Of a DNA stretch of 64,000 nucleotides, positions 11,851 to 24,844 are shown piece after piece. Under the pieces are notes generated by a model that saw nothing but the letters and a program-made list of their open reading frames with translations, was not told where the DNA came from and did not search any database. Where the stretch lies: the NCBI GenBank assembly GCA_951406725.2, contig OX597818.1:98890001-98954000 (forward strand), read 5' to 3'. The stretch's first letter is position 1; each line of letters begins with the position of its first letter. Made by a program: the position numbers and the translations under genes. Source of the stretch: Octopus vulgaris (taxonomy: Eukaryota).

Positions 11851-13574
11851 CTCTTATATTTGTGACTTTGTACGAGTTTGAAATGTTGTTCATATTTTTT
11901 TTTTCCTTTCATACATTGCAACAAACTAAGGTGACACTACAGCAAACAATGCAACTTAACAAAAACAGAGTAGATGTTAGTAAACCACCAGCTGTTGTTG
12001 TTTTGTTGTTGCTTCATTCTCATTAGAGACAAATCAGCAAGCACACTGTTCACACTAACCAATGTCCGATAAAGACATGTTGATGAATGTATAATGATAA
12101 TCACTTTATTGTTTTCGTTTATTTTATTTTTCAGTTGATTGTGTCTTTTTTCATTAAATATGTTTCATGATTCATTTAATTGAAGTTTTCTTGATGCATT
12201 TACTTATGATTTTTTTTCTGTAATTTTTCAAATAATTTTACAAATAACCATTATTACTAAATTGTATTAGTGGTAAGGTAACAAAAACATTTACGATAAA
12301 AACAAAACTAAAAATGCCATATATGTGTTTATATATGTATATATATATATATTTATATATATATATATATATATATAAAAGTAAGTATATGAAAATGATT
12401 TTTAATGCATTTTGAAAACGGAAATAAGAATGAGTTTTGTTCATGATTTGAAATAAAACTTCTCTTAAACAAGAGAGATGGGGAGGCCGGATGAGAGTGA
12501 AATCAATCAGAAACAAAAAATAAATAAATAAAACACGTTTGTAATGTAGCACTTAGAAAACGCATGGCATATTTGAAAACTTTTTTTTTTAATTTTATTC
12601 ATTTATTCAAACAAGTTAACAAGGGAGGCAACCTGATATAGTTAACAATGGGGTGGATAGTAACTCAATGGAGTTACCTAAGGGAAGATAACCCAATTAT
12701 GAGTTAAGGATGACAACCATTAACAGAAATAACGCATGAACATCAACTCCCACCGACTTAAATATCAAAGTATATCAGAGGTTGGAGTTTTAAGGGAAGG
12801 TGAGGTGTGGGTATTAGCAATGGTAGAAAGAGAAAGGAAAATAATTGATAAATAAAATGGGTATAAGGTGATAGACTAGGATAGAGAAAGAAAACTTTAG
12901 GACAGGGGTAGTAAATATTTACCCAGTTTTGAGTAAACAATTATAGAAACCTCGTTGATCACATATCGTCTAAATTTATTGATGAAATTGATTTTTTTTC
13001 CTTTTAGAACTTTTTTTCTTTTTCTCCCACCAGTACAAAGAAAAATATGATGGACTGGTTTACATATGAAAACGTTTGTCACTTTTAATTAATAACAGTA
13101 TGTTATTTATTATTACTGATGTTCTTGTTTTTTTTTTAGATTATTATTTGTCTATCCTCTACACAAATAAGCAATGAGCATCATCTGAAAACCATTTGCA
13201 GCAGTTTTTTTTTTTTCTTATTCAGCATATTTCTGTGCATTTCCAACTCTTAAGCACCATTGTTTAAGATTTCAATATTCTCTGAGGTGAGAAAATAGGA
13301 AAAAAAAAAAAGAGAAAAATAATAATTATAATATTAATTACAAAAATCATCAGAGGAGCAACTGGAATTTGTGATGTTCATGCCTTTTCTTTTTGTGGCA
13401 ACGTAAGTGAAGCAGGTATAACTTAGGCAAAGTGAACTATGTTGTAAATCTATGTCAAGTAAAAATCTTAACAAACCATGGCACCCATCAATGATGCTAA
13501 AATTAACACAACTTATATCACTGGTATCCTGAAGATAAGTATGATCATGTTCATAATGATAATAATTCTTACTA

Positions 13575-14398
13575 AATTTGGCACAAGGCCAGTAATTTTG
13601 AGGAGGGGATGCAAATTACATCGATACTAGTACTTGACTGATAGTTTATCAACCCCAAAAGGATGAGAAGTAAAGTCAACCTCAATGGAATTTGAACTCA
13701 AAATGTTGAGCTGGGAGCATTGCTGCTAAGCATTTTATCCAATGCACTAAGAGGATGAATATTATTATCATTCATAATATAATTTCTAATTAGATAAAAT
13801 ATTTATTTTAATACACAAAAGAACACTTAAGGCATTGTTTTCTTCACAGGACAAACAACTTAACTCTGTTATACCTAAACCTTTGAGGTGGCTTAAGCAA
13901 ACCCACAATTTGATTGGTATTATATTTTATTGACCCTAGAAAGATGAAAGACAAAGTTAACCTTGACAGGATTTGAACTTAAACACTTTAATGATTCTAC
14001 TTATCCACAATCAACAATAATAGTTGATCTAAATTTTGGCACAAGGCCACCTATTTCAAGGAGAGGAAGTTAGTTGATTACTTTGGTGAGATTTGATCTC
14101 AAAATGTAAAAACTGTGATGAATGCAGCAAGGCATTTTTCTTCTAGTGTTCTACTGCCTGTGCTAGCTCAAGGCGTAATAATAATCCTTTCTACTGGAGG
14201 CACAAGGCCTCAAATTTGTGGGGAGGGGACTAGGTGATTACATCGATTCTAGTGTTTTACTGATACTTAATCTATTAACCCCGAAAGGATGAAAGGCAAA
14301 GTTGACCTAGGAGGAATTTGAACACAGAATGTAGCAATGGGCGAAAACAGTTAAGCATTTCGTCCACCGTGTTAACAATTCTGCCAGCTTGCCAACTT
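13575..14398 (-). mobile_element. Cluster of about 4 co-oriented SINE family A copies
   Basis: Copies at ~13575-13750, 13900-13985, 14030-14175 and 14185-14398, sharing the ggcacaaggcc and/or aaaggatgaaaggcaaagt-like motifs. Confidence 0.75.
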
Positions 14399-14689
14399 TA
14401 TAATAATAGTAATAAATTAATGATTTTGGCACTAAGGCCACAAACTGACAGATCATGTTGATTCCAATGGCATTAGCAACAGAATTTGAATTAGTTTCAA
14501 ACAAGAAAAACAAAAACAAAAACAAAAAAAAAACAACAAAACAGCTAACAGAGCCAATATGACGAGAACCTAATTCCCATATTGTGACTACTAGCTAATA
14601 TTATTAGCTAAAATTAAAATATTGTCTAATCTGCTTCTCGATCTAACAATTGTTTAGACAATCTGATATGCTTCAATTATTATTATAAG

Positions 14690-14892
14690 TGTGGAGGACT
14701 CACAGAATCAACAGATCAGTAGAAAAATGCTTCACAATATTTATTATCACTTTTACATTCTGCATTCAAATCTCGCCAAGGTCAACTCTGCATTTCAGCC
14801 TTCTAGGGTTGATAAAAGGAAGTTCCAGTCAAGGACTGTTTCCATCAGCGTCAATCTACCCAGTCTCCTCAAAATTACTGGCTTGTGTCTAA
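14690..14892 (+). mobile_element. SINE family A, plus orientation
   Basis: ttcaaatctcgccaaggtcaactctgcatttcagccttctagggttgataaaa is the forward form of the family A core. Confidence 0.65.
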
Positions 14893-16462
14893 TTCATCAT
14901 CATCATCAATAACATATTAATCATAAAATTATATTTTTCTGTTCATTCGGAACAGCCCTGCTAAACTAATATTCTTTTGTACATCTAATGTTTCTTCTTT
15001 AAATTTCTTGTCAATACAAAATCTAGTAAAGAATATGAGCTTTATTTATGGAATAACTTCATTGAGCCAAATATTAATAAAATGACAAAGAACTGCAATT
15101 ATAAAATGCATAAGGATATATAAATAATATTACTTATTATGGATGATAAACCAAAAAATGGTAAAGAAGGAAACTTTCAATATAAAATTAAATAAAATTT
15201 GATTTTTTGTTGTTGTTGTTGTCATGAAAAGATAACCAGAACTGATTTATTTTTAAAGACTGAAGATAAAACAGCATGGATACCAAAATATCACTGGAAG
15301 TGAGTGAGTTGCAGAATACACTCATAAGTACTGTCACCCAACAGAGACCCACATTTATATACAAACACACACACCCACACCTGCATGTATTCATCTAACA
15401 TGGAAAACAGACATAAAACAAATGAGCAAATGTCTGTTTGTGTATGTATGTAAATATATGCACATGTGTGTGTAAATATATGCACATAAACATGGAATTA
15501 TGTATAAGGATGTGTGTGTATATATATGTATGAATTTATCTGTTGTGTGTGGGTCAAACAGTGGACTTGACCAGATGGTCAAGTTGCTGCTGAGATGCCG
15601 ACTTGAGGTTGGTGTAGAATGAGTTGTGAGTCCCTTGCAGGCCTTAGAGGAATTATGAGATATCATCAGCAATAAGGAGATCTAACTTTAGATGTTTCTG
15701 AGACTGAAATGGGTATAGGAAGTGGTTTTACTCAGTCACAAGTTCACTTCCACCATGTATGTATATAATGAAGGTCAGGTTAAATAAATCACCTACTAAG
15801 CTGGAAGAGAGAAAGGAAATAATGTTTTTGATCTAACTTTCAAGGAGCCCTAAATTATAGCCAAATCAGAAGGGATCTTTTGTATAAAAGTTATAAGTGA
15901 CTGCACACTGTGGAGAGTGCTATGATTTAATGAACATTAGACTGAGCTTCCGTAATGGAGGTGTCATATATAACTGATAGTAGAAACAGATATTTTATCC
16001 CTTAGTCGGTTATTATAACCACTAACTCTGTTTACACTATATGTATGTTTGTTTGTTTCTAGTTGATTAATGGTAGATCTAATAATTTGCACTGGATGTT
16101 TAGATGAGAGCACAAAAATGTTGTGGTGTGAGTCATGTGAGTGAGCAGCAAAATTTTGAGTGTGTTCACAAGTGACTTTTAACATTTGCTGGTGTATGTG
16201 TATATGTAATTATATATATATGTACACATATACACAAACAGAGAAAATTGTTGATTGGACAAAACAGTGATGGAAGATCGTTGTAGTTGTGTTCTTTTTT
16301 TCTTGACTTTCAATGCAGGTATGTAACTAAAGACTCTTTGTGGCCTGTGAATTTCCAAATGCCACTGCAGCTTTCATTAGTACCTTATTTGAAAAACTGG
16401 TAAGGGTTCATGGCAGGAAAAGCATTTGGCTGTAATATATGTATACACACACACATATATAT

Positions 16463-16497
<35 letters not shown>

Positions 16498-16691
16498 CAT
16501 ATACCTACATATATATAGATATATATATATACACATACACACACATACATACATATATACATATACATACATACATATACATATATATTAATGTCTGATT
16601 TTATTTGAGCTATAATAAAAACAAATTTGAATTAAACTGAATGATTATTCAATACTATTCAGTACTTTTCATAGAGTACATATTTACTTTA

Positions 16692-16817
16692 CTTCAACAA
16701 GAACAGTGTTGACAGTGCCATCAAAAATACATCCTGCTTAGCCTCTGCTGGACAGTCTGATGAAGACTAAGCAAGCCAAAACTTCAAAGTCACTATCAAT
16801 GTGATTCTTGGTGAAGA
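16692..16817. repeat. ~126-bp imperfect hairpin containing a hammerhead-like motif
   Basis: cttcaacaagaacagtgttgacagtgcc pairs with gtcactatcaatgtgattcttggtgaag, and cctgcttagcct pairs with agactaagcaag; centre ~16754. Confidence 0.6.
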
Positions 16818-17809
16818 ATTATATATATATATATATATATATACACATACACGTATATATAGAGAGAGTGAGAGAAGGAAAGAGATAATATATGAACATA
16901 TATATTAGTAAATTTGAGAAACAGCTCTTTATATACATATGTGTTTAAGTATAAAACTGGAAAGTCTTTAATCCAGTTTGATACTAATTTACTTGTATTT
17001 CCTAAAGAATTATTGAGGAGAGGAATTTACTCTTTGGAAGATAACTTTGGTTATGTGATTCAAGGGTTATCCAAGCTAGTTTTGTGTAAGTGGGGAAAGC
17101 AATATTTTTGGTAAAAGAAACCTCCTTGGTGGCCCATATAGTAACTGTCTTGGTGTTGCAAACACCAACGTTCTTTACATATTTGGTATATGGGAGGAAG
17201 TTATGAATAAGATTCCTGAGGTGTATGATCTAGTAATCTATAAGAAAAGATCTGATTTTAGAGATGAAAAACTTTTCACTTTTTATAAAGAATTTTAAGT
17301 CATGTTAATCAATGTTGAAGAAAGGATGAAATTACTTTTTAAACTAAATATGTGTAACAGATTTTTAAAGATTATTTTGTCTATGGTTCCTCGCAGTAGA
17401 TGTTTGTTCAATCTATATTTCATTAACACTTAGCTTTTGGACATTAATACATCCCTGTTTCCTCGCTAACCCAATTCAGATGAAATTTGCTAGAAGGCTT
17501 CTAGCTTTGTATTGTACCAGATATGTATATAACTATGTAAGTTTATATGTCTTCATCAACTCCTTGTTTAACATCCAGCATCATGATGGCATCAGTTGAG
17601 CAAAACTAACTGAGAGATTCTATGGTCAGATGCCCATTCTGTCACCAACACTCACTTGTTTTGCAAGTAAAATATTTTTATTCGTCTATTCTTCTCATGT
17701 CAGAACTGCCAAACCACTGAAAATATTGTCTATGAGAGACAAACAAACGTCACTGTTGCTCAAGCAATGTCAGTATGAAGGCACACAGAAACAAACTCAC
17801 ATATACGCC

Positions 17810-17965
17810 CCCTCTCCATATAGGAAGGGCTTCCATACAATTTCTGTTAACCAAATTTTGCTCACAAGGCATTGATCAGCTTAAGGCTATAGTAGAAGAC
17901 ACATACCCAAGTGGAACCTAACATCATGTGGTCGGGAAGTAGAGTTTTTAACCATACAACCATAT
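17810..17965 (-). mobile_element. SINE family B, diverged 5' half
   Basis: ctcacaaggcattg..ggctatagtagaagacac..cccaag..catgtggtcgggaag matches 10310-10420. Confidence 0.7.
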
Positions 17966-18043
17966 TTGTGCTTCACATACACATATAAACTTACATAAAT
18001 ATATGTGAAATGGGCACAGTATACAACTGGAAATCTTCTAACA

Positions 18044-18086
<43 letters not shown>

Positions 18087-18094
18087 ATGTGTAT

Positions 18095-18345
18095 CGGTGG
18101 CACGTAAAAAGCACCATCCGACCGTGGCCGTTTGCCAGCTCCGTCTGGCACCTGTGCGGGTGGCACGTAAAAAGCACCCACTACACTAACAGAGTTGTTG
18201 GCGTTAGGAAGGGCATCCAGCCGTAGAAACACTGCCAGATCAGACTGGTCCTGATGCAGCCTTCTGGCTTCACAGACCCCAGTTGAACCGTCCAACCCAT
18301 GCTAGCATGGAAAGCGGACGCTAAATGATGATGATGATGATGATA
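18095..18345 (+). mobile_element. Young SINE/LINE 3' tail with an internal duplication and a (TGA)n end
   Basis: ggtggcacgtaaaaagcacc occurs twice, then ttggcgttaggaagggcatccagccgtagaaa..gcatggaaagcggacgctaaatgatgatgatg; CpG-rich and embedded in a (TA)n tract. Confidence 0.75.
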
Positions 18346-18354
18346 TATATATAA

Positions 18355-18445
<91 letters not shown>

Positions 18446-18465
18446 TAGATAGATAGGTAGATACA
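18345..18465. repeat. (TA)n(GATA)n microsatellite
   Basis: Directly visible. Confidence 0.95.
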
Positions 18466-21400
18466 TTCATACATACATGTACAAATGTATACATGCTTAT
18501 GCAGTCGCAATATAAAAAGATTAAACCATCAGAGAAATATGTTGTTTTGTAAATTATGAAAAAAAAATCTGTCAGATGGATTATAGTACAATGAATACAA
18601 TGTACACAGCTTTCTATTGTAGAACCAAACCTTCATAGTAATAACTAAACGCCATATATTAACTTTTATCACTGTTTTTCACCCCTATTCCTAGACTAAT
18701 ATGGCTTGGGCAACAAAATCTCACAACTTGCTATATATGCAATTAATGTTACTAGAGTTGCAGTAACTATTCTGCAGCTACTAATGTTAATATTACAGCT
18801 CTGTTGTCAGGTTGTTTCAGTACAAAGATTAGAGATTATTACAGCATTTTAGAAGATATGATTTAAAAGAGATGAATAATTAGTAGAAGTTAAAATACAA
18901 GACAAGTAATGTATTAGAAGTTAGGATAAGTGTGGGAATGGCTAATAATATGTTAATGTCTGGTTAAGTAACATTGTAAGTCAACCCAAATGAGTGGCAG
19001 TTAAAATAATCAGTTAGACTCAGTCAACCAAAGTAGTGGAAGAGTAAACATTTGCAGTAATTGCCTCAGTCAATATTGATTTCTTTTAACTAGGTAGAAG
19101 ATCAATATTTTCAGGAGAAAATACCTCATTATAATACTGATAACTATTTAATCAACCTAGGGTTACTTGATGTTCAACCATTTCAGTTACTCTATCACCT
19201 ACAGCACTGGAGGTTGTAAACTTACAAGCAAACACTTACATGCAAGTTTTCACTTTATATTCATCTACTTTTGAAGAAATGTTACTTACATACATATAAA
19301 GAATTACATAAGTAGAGCAGTAAGCCTAGCTATCAGCAGTCTAACCATTTATATCATTTGATCATCAGGCTTATATTCATAATTAAAATTATATGTGAAT
19401 CAAAGCTGAAACTAGACTAATGTAGGTTTTGGTTCATTCATTTCTCTCTCTGATTGGAAAACACGTTAAGAAGGATGAAGAGGGCATATGAAGACTATAA
19501 AAGCTCTATAAAAATTAACCTGATATAAACTAGTATACTGAAATCTAAGAGAGGACTTTGTTGCTAAGGAGTATGATAATCTTACTTAAATTTAAATGTT
19601 ATTAAGGTTTTATGGGTGTGGTCAAAACTGCTATGGGTATGAAAGTGATAAGTCTTAACATGAATATGTAAGTATATTTCACAAATGTTGTAAATTGAAT
19701 GTATTTATGTTTAGTGATAAAGTACTGTATGGTTCATAATACAAAATAAATGGACTGATATGTACAATATTTGGAAATATTATCAATGCATTCCGAAAAT
19801 GTTTTGTATATGTATGTTATGCTAGTGGGTACATTTGTTTTTTTAGCTCAAGCTGATATACAATTTTTATATTTTCATTTATGTTCATAGTAGTCGAGAA
19901 AGTATTATCAATAGAGGAATTTTGATGGATCTTCTATTAAATTTGATTGATGTAGGGATATCAATATAATTTCAAAAGGTATATTTTTTAAGCACATACA
20001 TCTTGGATCAGTACTAGAGTATGCAAATATTAACAGTATCTACCTGTAACCACATATACAGGTAGTACAAGCAGCATAAATACTACCTGAGCAAATAATA
20101 TAATGTGTAAATAAAAATGATCTATAAGTTCTTTTTAATTGTCATCGCTCTGTACTGTTACTTTTAAGTATGCACACACATACTGAATGTGGATATTTAC
20201 TTGTACAATACTTTTCTCTAGTCATTGCAATGAATGCATCAATGACCTAAAGTTGTTTCTTTAATTGCTGTAACACTAAATCACCAAAACATTGTTCTGG
20301 CAATTATAATGTACTGAACTAATAGAAAACATTCATAAGAAAGTCATTTATTTTTTTTAATTGAAAATTATAGAAATTTGATTTTTTTTTTCATAAAGCT
20401 TCACTGTTATCTGCAGATTTAAAAGAGTAAAGTGGGAGAAAGATTAAATCTTACCTCCCTGATAGTATGACAGTCTATCACAAGTTAACTTTCATAAGAT
20501 AAATGATTTCTTGTTTAATCAATCAGCATAAGTTGGCTGAATCAAGTCAAGTAAACTGTGTTGTAAAAGAAAACAGCATGCATGTGACCATATATATAAA
20601 CACACACACACATGTATGTATACATACATGTATACATGTAACTTGTGATACAATACACACTCACAACCCGACAGGACTAAAATCTAGCACCTCCAGTGAT
20701 TACTTTATCAGTGAACATTTCATATGGAATAATTGTGTGTATTGACAGCAGTGATGATGATAAGGATGATATGGATGACAATGATAATGGCGCTGATGAT
20801 GTTGATGATTTCTTCTGACTACAAAGACATCATTGTTTAATTATAGAAAGAAAGATGTTAACAGCGGAATCAGTTTCAGTTTATAACTAATACTTTTATC
20901 AAGGCTCCTGAAGACATGAAAGACAAAGTGTATCTGAATGGGAATTGATGGTAAAACACCAAGCTTACTTAACTATAAAACATCACACATATGACACATA
21001 AGTATTTCAACTTCACTACCCTAAAGACTTTTAATATTGCACAAAAGAACAGGTTTTGAAAGCGATTGGGTTCAATAGATTTAACTGACTCTAGTATTTT
21101 TCTAAACTGAAAGCTGTATTAGATTTTCAAACAAATTCATAATGATAGTGTAATTTTTGCTTAAAAGTATCAGCCCTAAATTTTAGTAAATGGAGATGAA
21201 AAAATGTCTGATTTTCACAAGGACATTATTGACTTAAATGAAGATGTCTGTATTAGTAATTTCTTTTTGAATAAGTTGCTATACTGATGTTTGTTTTCAG
21301 ACTATTTTCCACATCTTGAATGGCCATTCAAGGAATATTCCTAAATTAGGTTCAATAACTAAGCTTAGCTCAGAAACATCCCTTCAAAGGGATGAATGAT

Positions 21401-21649
21401 TGGAATGAAAAACGTCCTCAATCTATGGTGCTAAACATCCAAAAAGAGAGGAATGGTCCAAAAACAAACTTTAATATAAACAACTCATCAAAAATGTGAG
21501 AACCAACAAGAGAGCCATTGAACCTGCTGAAAATAGCAGCAAAATTCCTCTGAATATATCCTACTGTTTCAGCAAAAACATGGAATGATTGTGGTTGGAA
21601 TGCTTTGGATCACTAGTCTATGCAATCAAAGTAAACCTATGCCATAACA

Positions 21650-21846
21650 GGCCCAAAATATTTTACCTGTTTTATGTTCAAAATGGCCAGATACAGCCTC
21701 TCACACCTACACTACAATATCAGTCTAAAAATATGCAGTCACATCCTTGAAATCTTGAAGCTACAAGGTAATGCATGATTAATTCAAAACAATATGAATA
21801 AATAAGCATTACATTTGACAGAGTAATTTCAATGCTGAAAGGTTAA
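21650..21846. mobile_element. Truncated copy of the TTAA MITE at 49023-49244
   Basis: Aligns by eye with 49050-49248 (ttatgttcaaa.tggccagat..ctacaat..gctacaag..gattaattcaaaacaat..ggttaa). Confidence 0.75.
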
Positions 21847-22127
21847 AATAACGTAATTGCTTCTCAGTATCTGATCAGAAAAGCAGACACAGTATTCAAA
21901 TAATAGTAGTTATTGGTTCAATGCTTGGCCTAACACAGAAATATCACCTAAATTTAATTGCTAAGAATAATGAGTGAAATATTGTGAAGTATTTATGAGG
22001 ATGAACAGTCAAATAAAGGAAAATAGACCCCTATATAAAGTGAAAATGTTTCAACTGGAAATCAAACCAGAATTATAATTTTGATTGATTAAGACGTTAC
22101 TACCCACCACAATGACAATAATGACGG

Positions 22128-23870
22128 CTTCTAGCAGAGGCATTAGGAATGAAATTTGTATGTGTGCATGTGTATGTGTGGGTGGGAGTGCTTGGTCAAT
22201 ATCAGTGATTCAGTACTTAATTATATTGGTCCTGAAAGGGTGAAAGACAAAGTTGACCTCAGTGGAATTTGAACTCAAAATGTAAAGAGCTGGAAAAAAT
22301 ATGGCAAGGCATTTTTTTAATATTCTAACAATTCTGTTAATCCACTGTCCTAACACACACACACACACACACATACAATGACAATAACTATTTTAATTTA
22401 GGTAAATACCAGTAATTTTGAGGGAATGGCTAGCTGATTACATCAACCTCAGTGCTTGACAGCTACATTATGTCATCATTCTCAGGGGGAATAAAAGGCA
22501 AAGTTAATCTCAGTGGAATTTCAACTCAGAATATAAATAACCAGAGCAAATACCACAAAGCATTTTTCTGACTGGCATTCTAAAGATTCTTCTGACTCAC
22601 TGCCCTAACACACACACACAGTAATAATTTCTGATTTTGGAACAAGGTCACAGACTTTTAGGTGAGGGACATATCAAATTAAATAGTATATGCCTGGTAT
22701 ATATTTTAATTTTTATATATTTCATTTAGTTTCCCAAATCCAGTAAATATTTTATCAAATGAGGAAAAATGGAAATCAAAATTAAAATAAAATTGTAAAT
22801 AAGTAAAACATATAAATCTGAATTACTACTGTTTCAGCCAATTCACAGCATAATAATAATGATTTCCAACATAAGTACAAAACTACAGTTTTACTTAATT
22901 TATACTTATTTTATAAACCACCAGAATGATGAAAGGTTAAGTCAACCATAACACGACTTGACTGAAGAATATTTTGTCCACCATTCTAGCAATTCTGCCA
23001 TCCAACACCCTGCTACAACCCTATGATGAAGATGATAAAGATGATGATGATGATGATGAAGATGATACAGATGATGATGATATTGATTTTCTACATTGGC
23101 ACAAGACTACAAATCTGCAGGGGAAGGTATCCAACTGAGTTTATCTCTGTATATGACTAAGACTTATTTCATCAACGCTGGTGGGATTTGAATTCAGGAC
23201 AAAAAAGACATAATTATAGACCACAAGGAATTGACCTGACACATTGATATTTCTGCTGACCACTTTAGTTTCTAACTTTGGCTACAAATTTTAGAGTATA
23301 TAATTTTCTTCAATGATCCCAGAGAGATGAAAGGCATGATTAACTTTCATATTAAAATGTAAAGGAACTAACTAAATGCTTCAAGATATTTAGTTAATGG
23401 CACTATCATTTCTGCCGTGATGTCTCACATTGCCATAAGTTCAGAGACTTTTAAATAAGAGGCATACTTAATTGTATTGATTCTAGTATGATTCAGGTAC
23501 TTATTTTATTTATTCCAGAGTGGGGAAAGCAATATGAAATACTGTGAGGAATTTAGTTTTGTACTCAACTATTATTATTATTATTTTTTAGGGGAGGGAA
23601 TTAGCTGATACCACTGACCCAAAATACTTGACTGGTTCTTTATTTTATCAACCGCCAAATGGATTCAGGCACAAGGCCAGCAATTTTAAGGGGAGGAGTC
23701 AGACAATGCCATTGTTCCCAGTAATTGACTGATACTTTATTTTATCAACCCTGAAAGGAAGAAAGGTAAAGTTGACCATGGTGAGATTTGAACATCAAGT
23801 AAAGAGACAGAACAAATACCATAATGTATTTTGCACTATACTCAAATGATTCTACCATTCCACAGCACTT
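22128..23870 (-). mobile_element. Dense head-to-tail cluster of about 8 old SINE family A copies
   Basis: Copies at ~22128, 22395, 22630 (partial), 22865, 23090, 23270, 23590 and 23665, all in the same orientation and separated by (CA)n/(GAT)n/(TAA)n spacers. Confidence 0.7.
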
Positions 23871-24844
23871 TATAATAACAATCAACAGAATGATACACGT
23901 GATAACCAAGGTAATAACAAATAACAAATATTACTATCATTGTTAATTATTATCACAATTGATTAGCCTTAAGATTATACAATATTATTATGCACAAAAT
24001 TATATAAACTATATAAAAAGTGGTTTGATATATTCTCTTTTGTATTTTCTATAATCTTTTCCTTCTTAGTTTTATATATTTTAAAAAATTTAAATAAAAA
24101 TTAAACGTAGAAATAATATTCTCTCTCCTCCTCATCAAAGATTATTTTTGTACAGATATATATGCATGTGTTTGAAAAAAATGATCCAATATGCACAGTA
24201 TAGCTGTACTTTTACATATAGTTGGACACACATTTAGTTAGAGGCATGAGTTCACACAAAACTATATATGTTTGTGTGTGACATAAAAACACAAAGACAA
24301 GCACACACTCAAATATTTTCATGAAGATGAAAAGAATGAGTCAAGATTGGATGGGATTAAATTTACAAAAGAAAAGAAAATTATGACTTTTAAAAATCTT
24401 CCTTACACATGACGGCAAATTTAGAAAACATACATAACAAAAAGTGACACTGAAATTTAGTTACCTATTTGCTTTATGTTCCCTGTGCGAATATCTAAAA
24501 AAAAAAAAAACTTAAGTTACCTTCTTTAAAGATTTACAACCTGACCATCACAGAATAGGTGCCAGGTAAATTTACTCCTAAGATACTGAAACTCATGACA
24601 GCACCTGCAAAATTATATATGAAAACTTTACGTTGTTTTGCTTCCTTCTTTTATTCTTTCATTCTTGAATTCTAAATACTTTCTTTCCTTCACACACACA
24701 AAGAAAAAAAAATTTCAAAAATCTTCATATTTTCCAATTCACTTTCAATTCACCCAAAATTATGCATTTACTTTCAAAATGCTTATTCTTTAGTTTAGGT
24801 TCTGTTTTTTTCTTTTTTCTTTTCAATAATTGCTGTTATTATTA

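Noticed and set aside
11406-12026. ORFs up to 172 aa rich in YIYI/CVCV/THTH (also at 5.0-5.8, 16.4, 18.0, 43.0, 56.5 and 61.9 kb)
   Set aside because: Translations of (TA)n/(CA)n microsatellites, which lack stop codons; not genes.
16292-16325. Plus-strand polypyrimidine-CAG|GTATGT, like a recursive splice site
   Set aside because: No plus-strand gene is evident in the window; a single motif is expected by chance.
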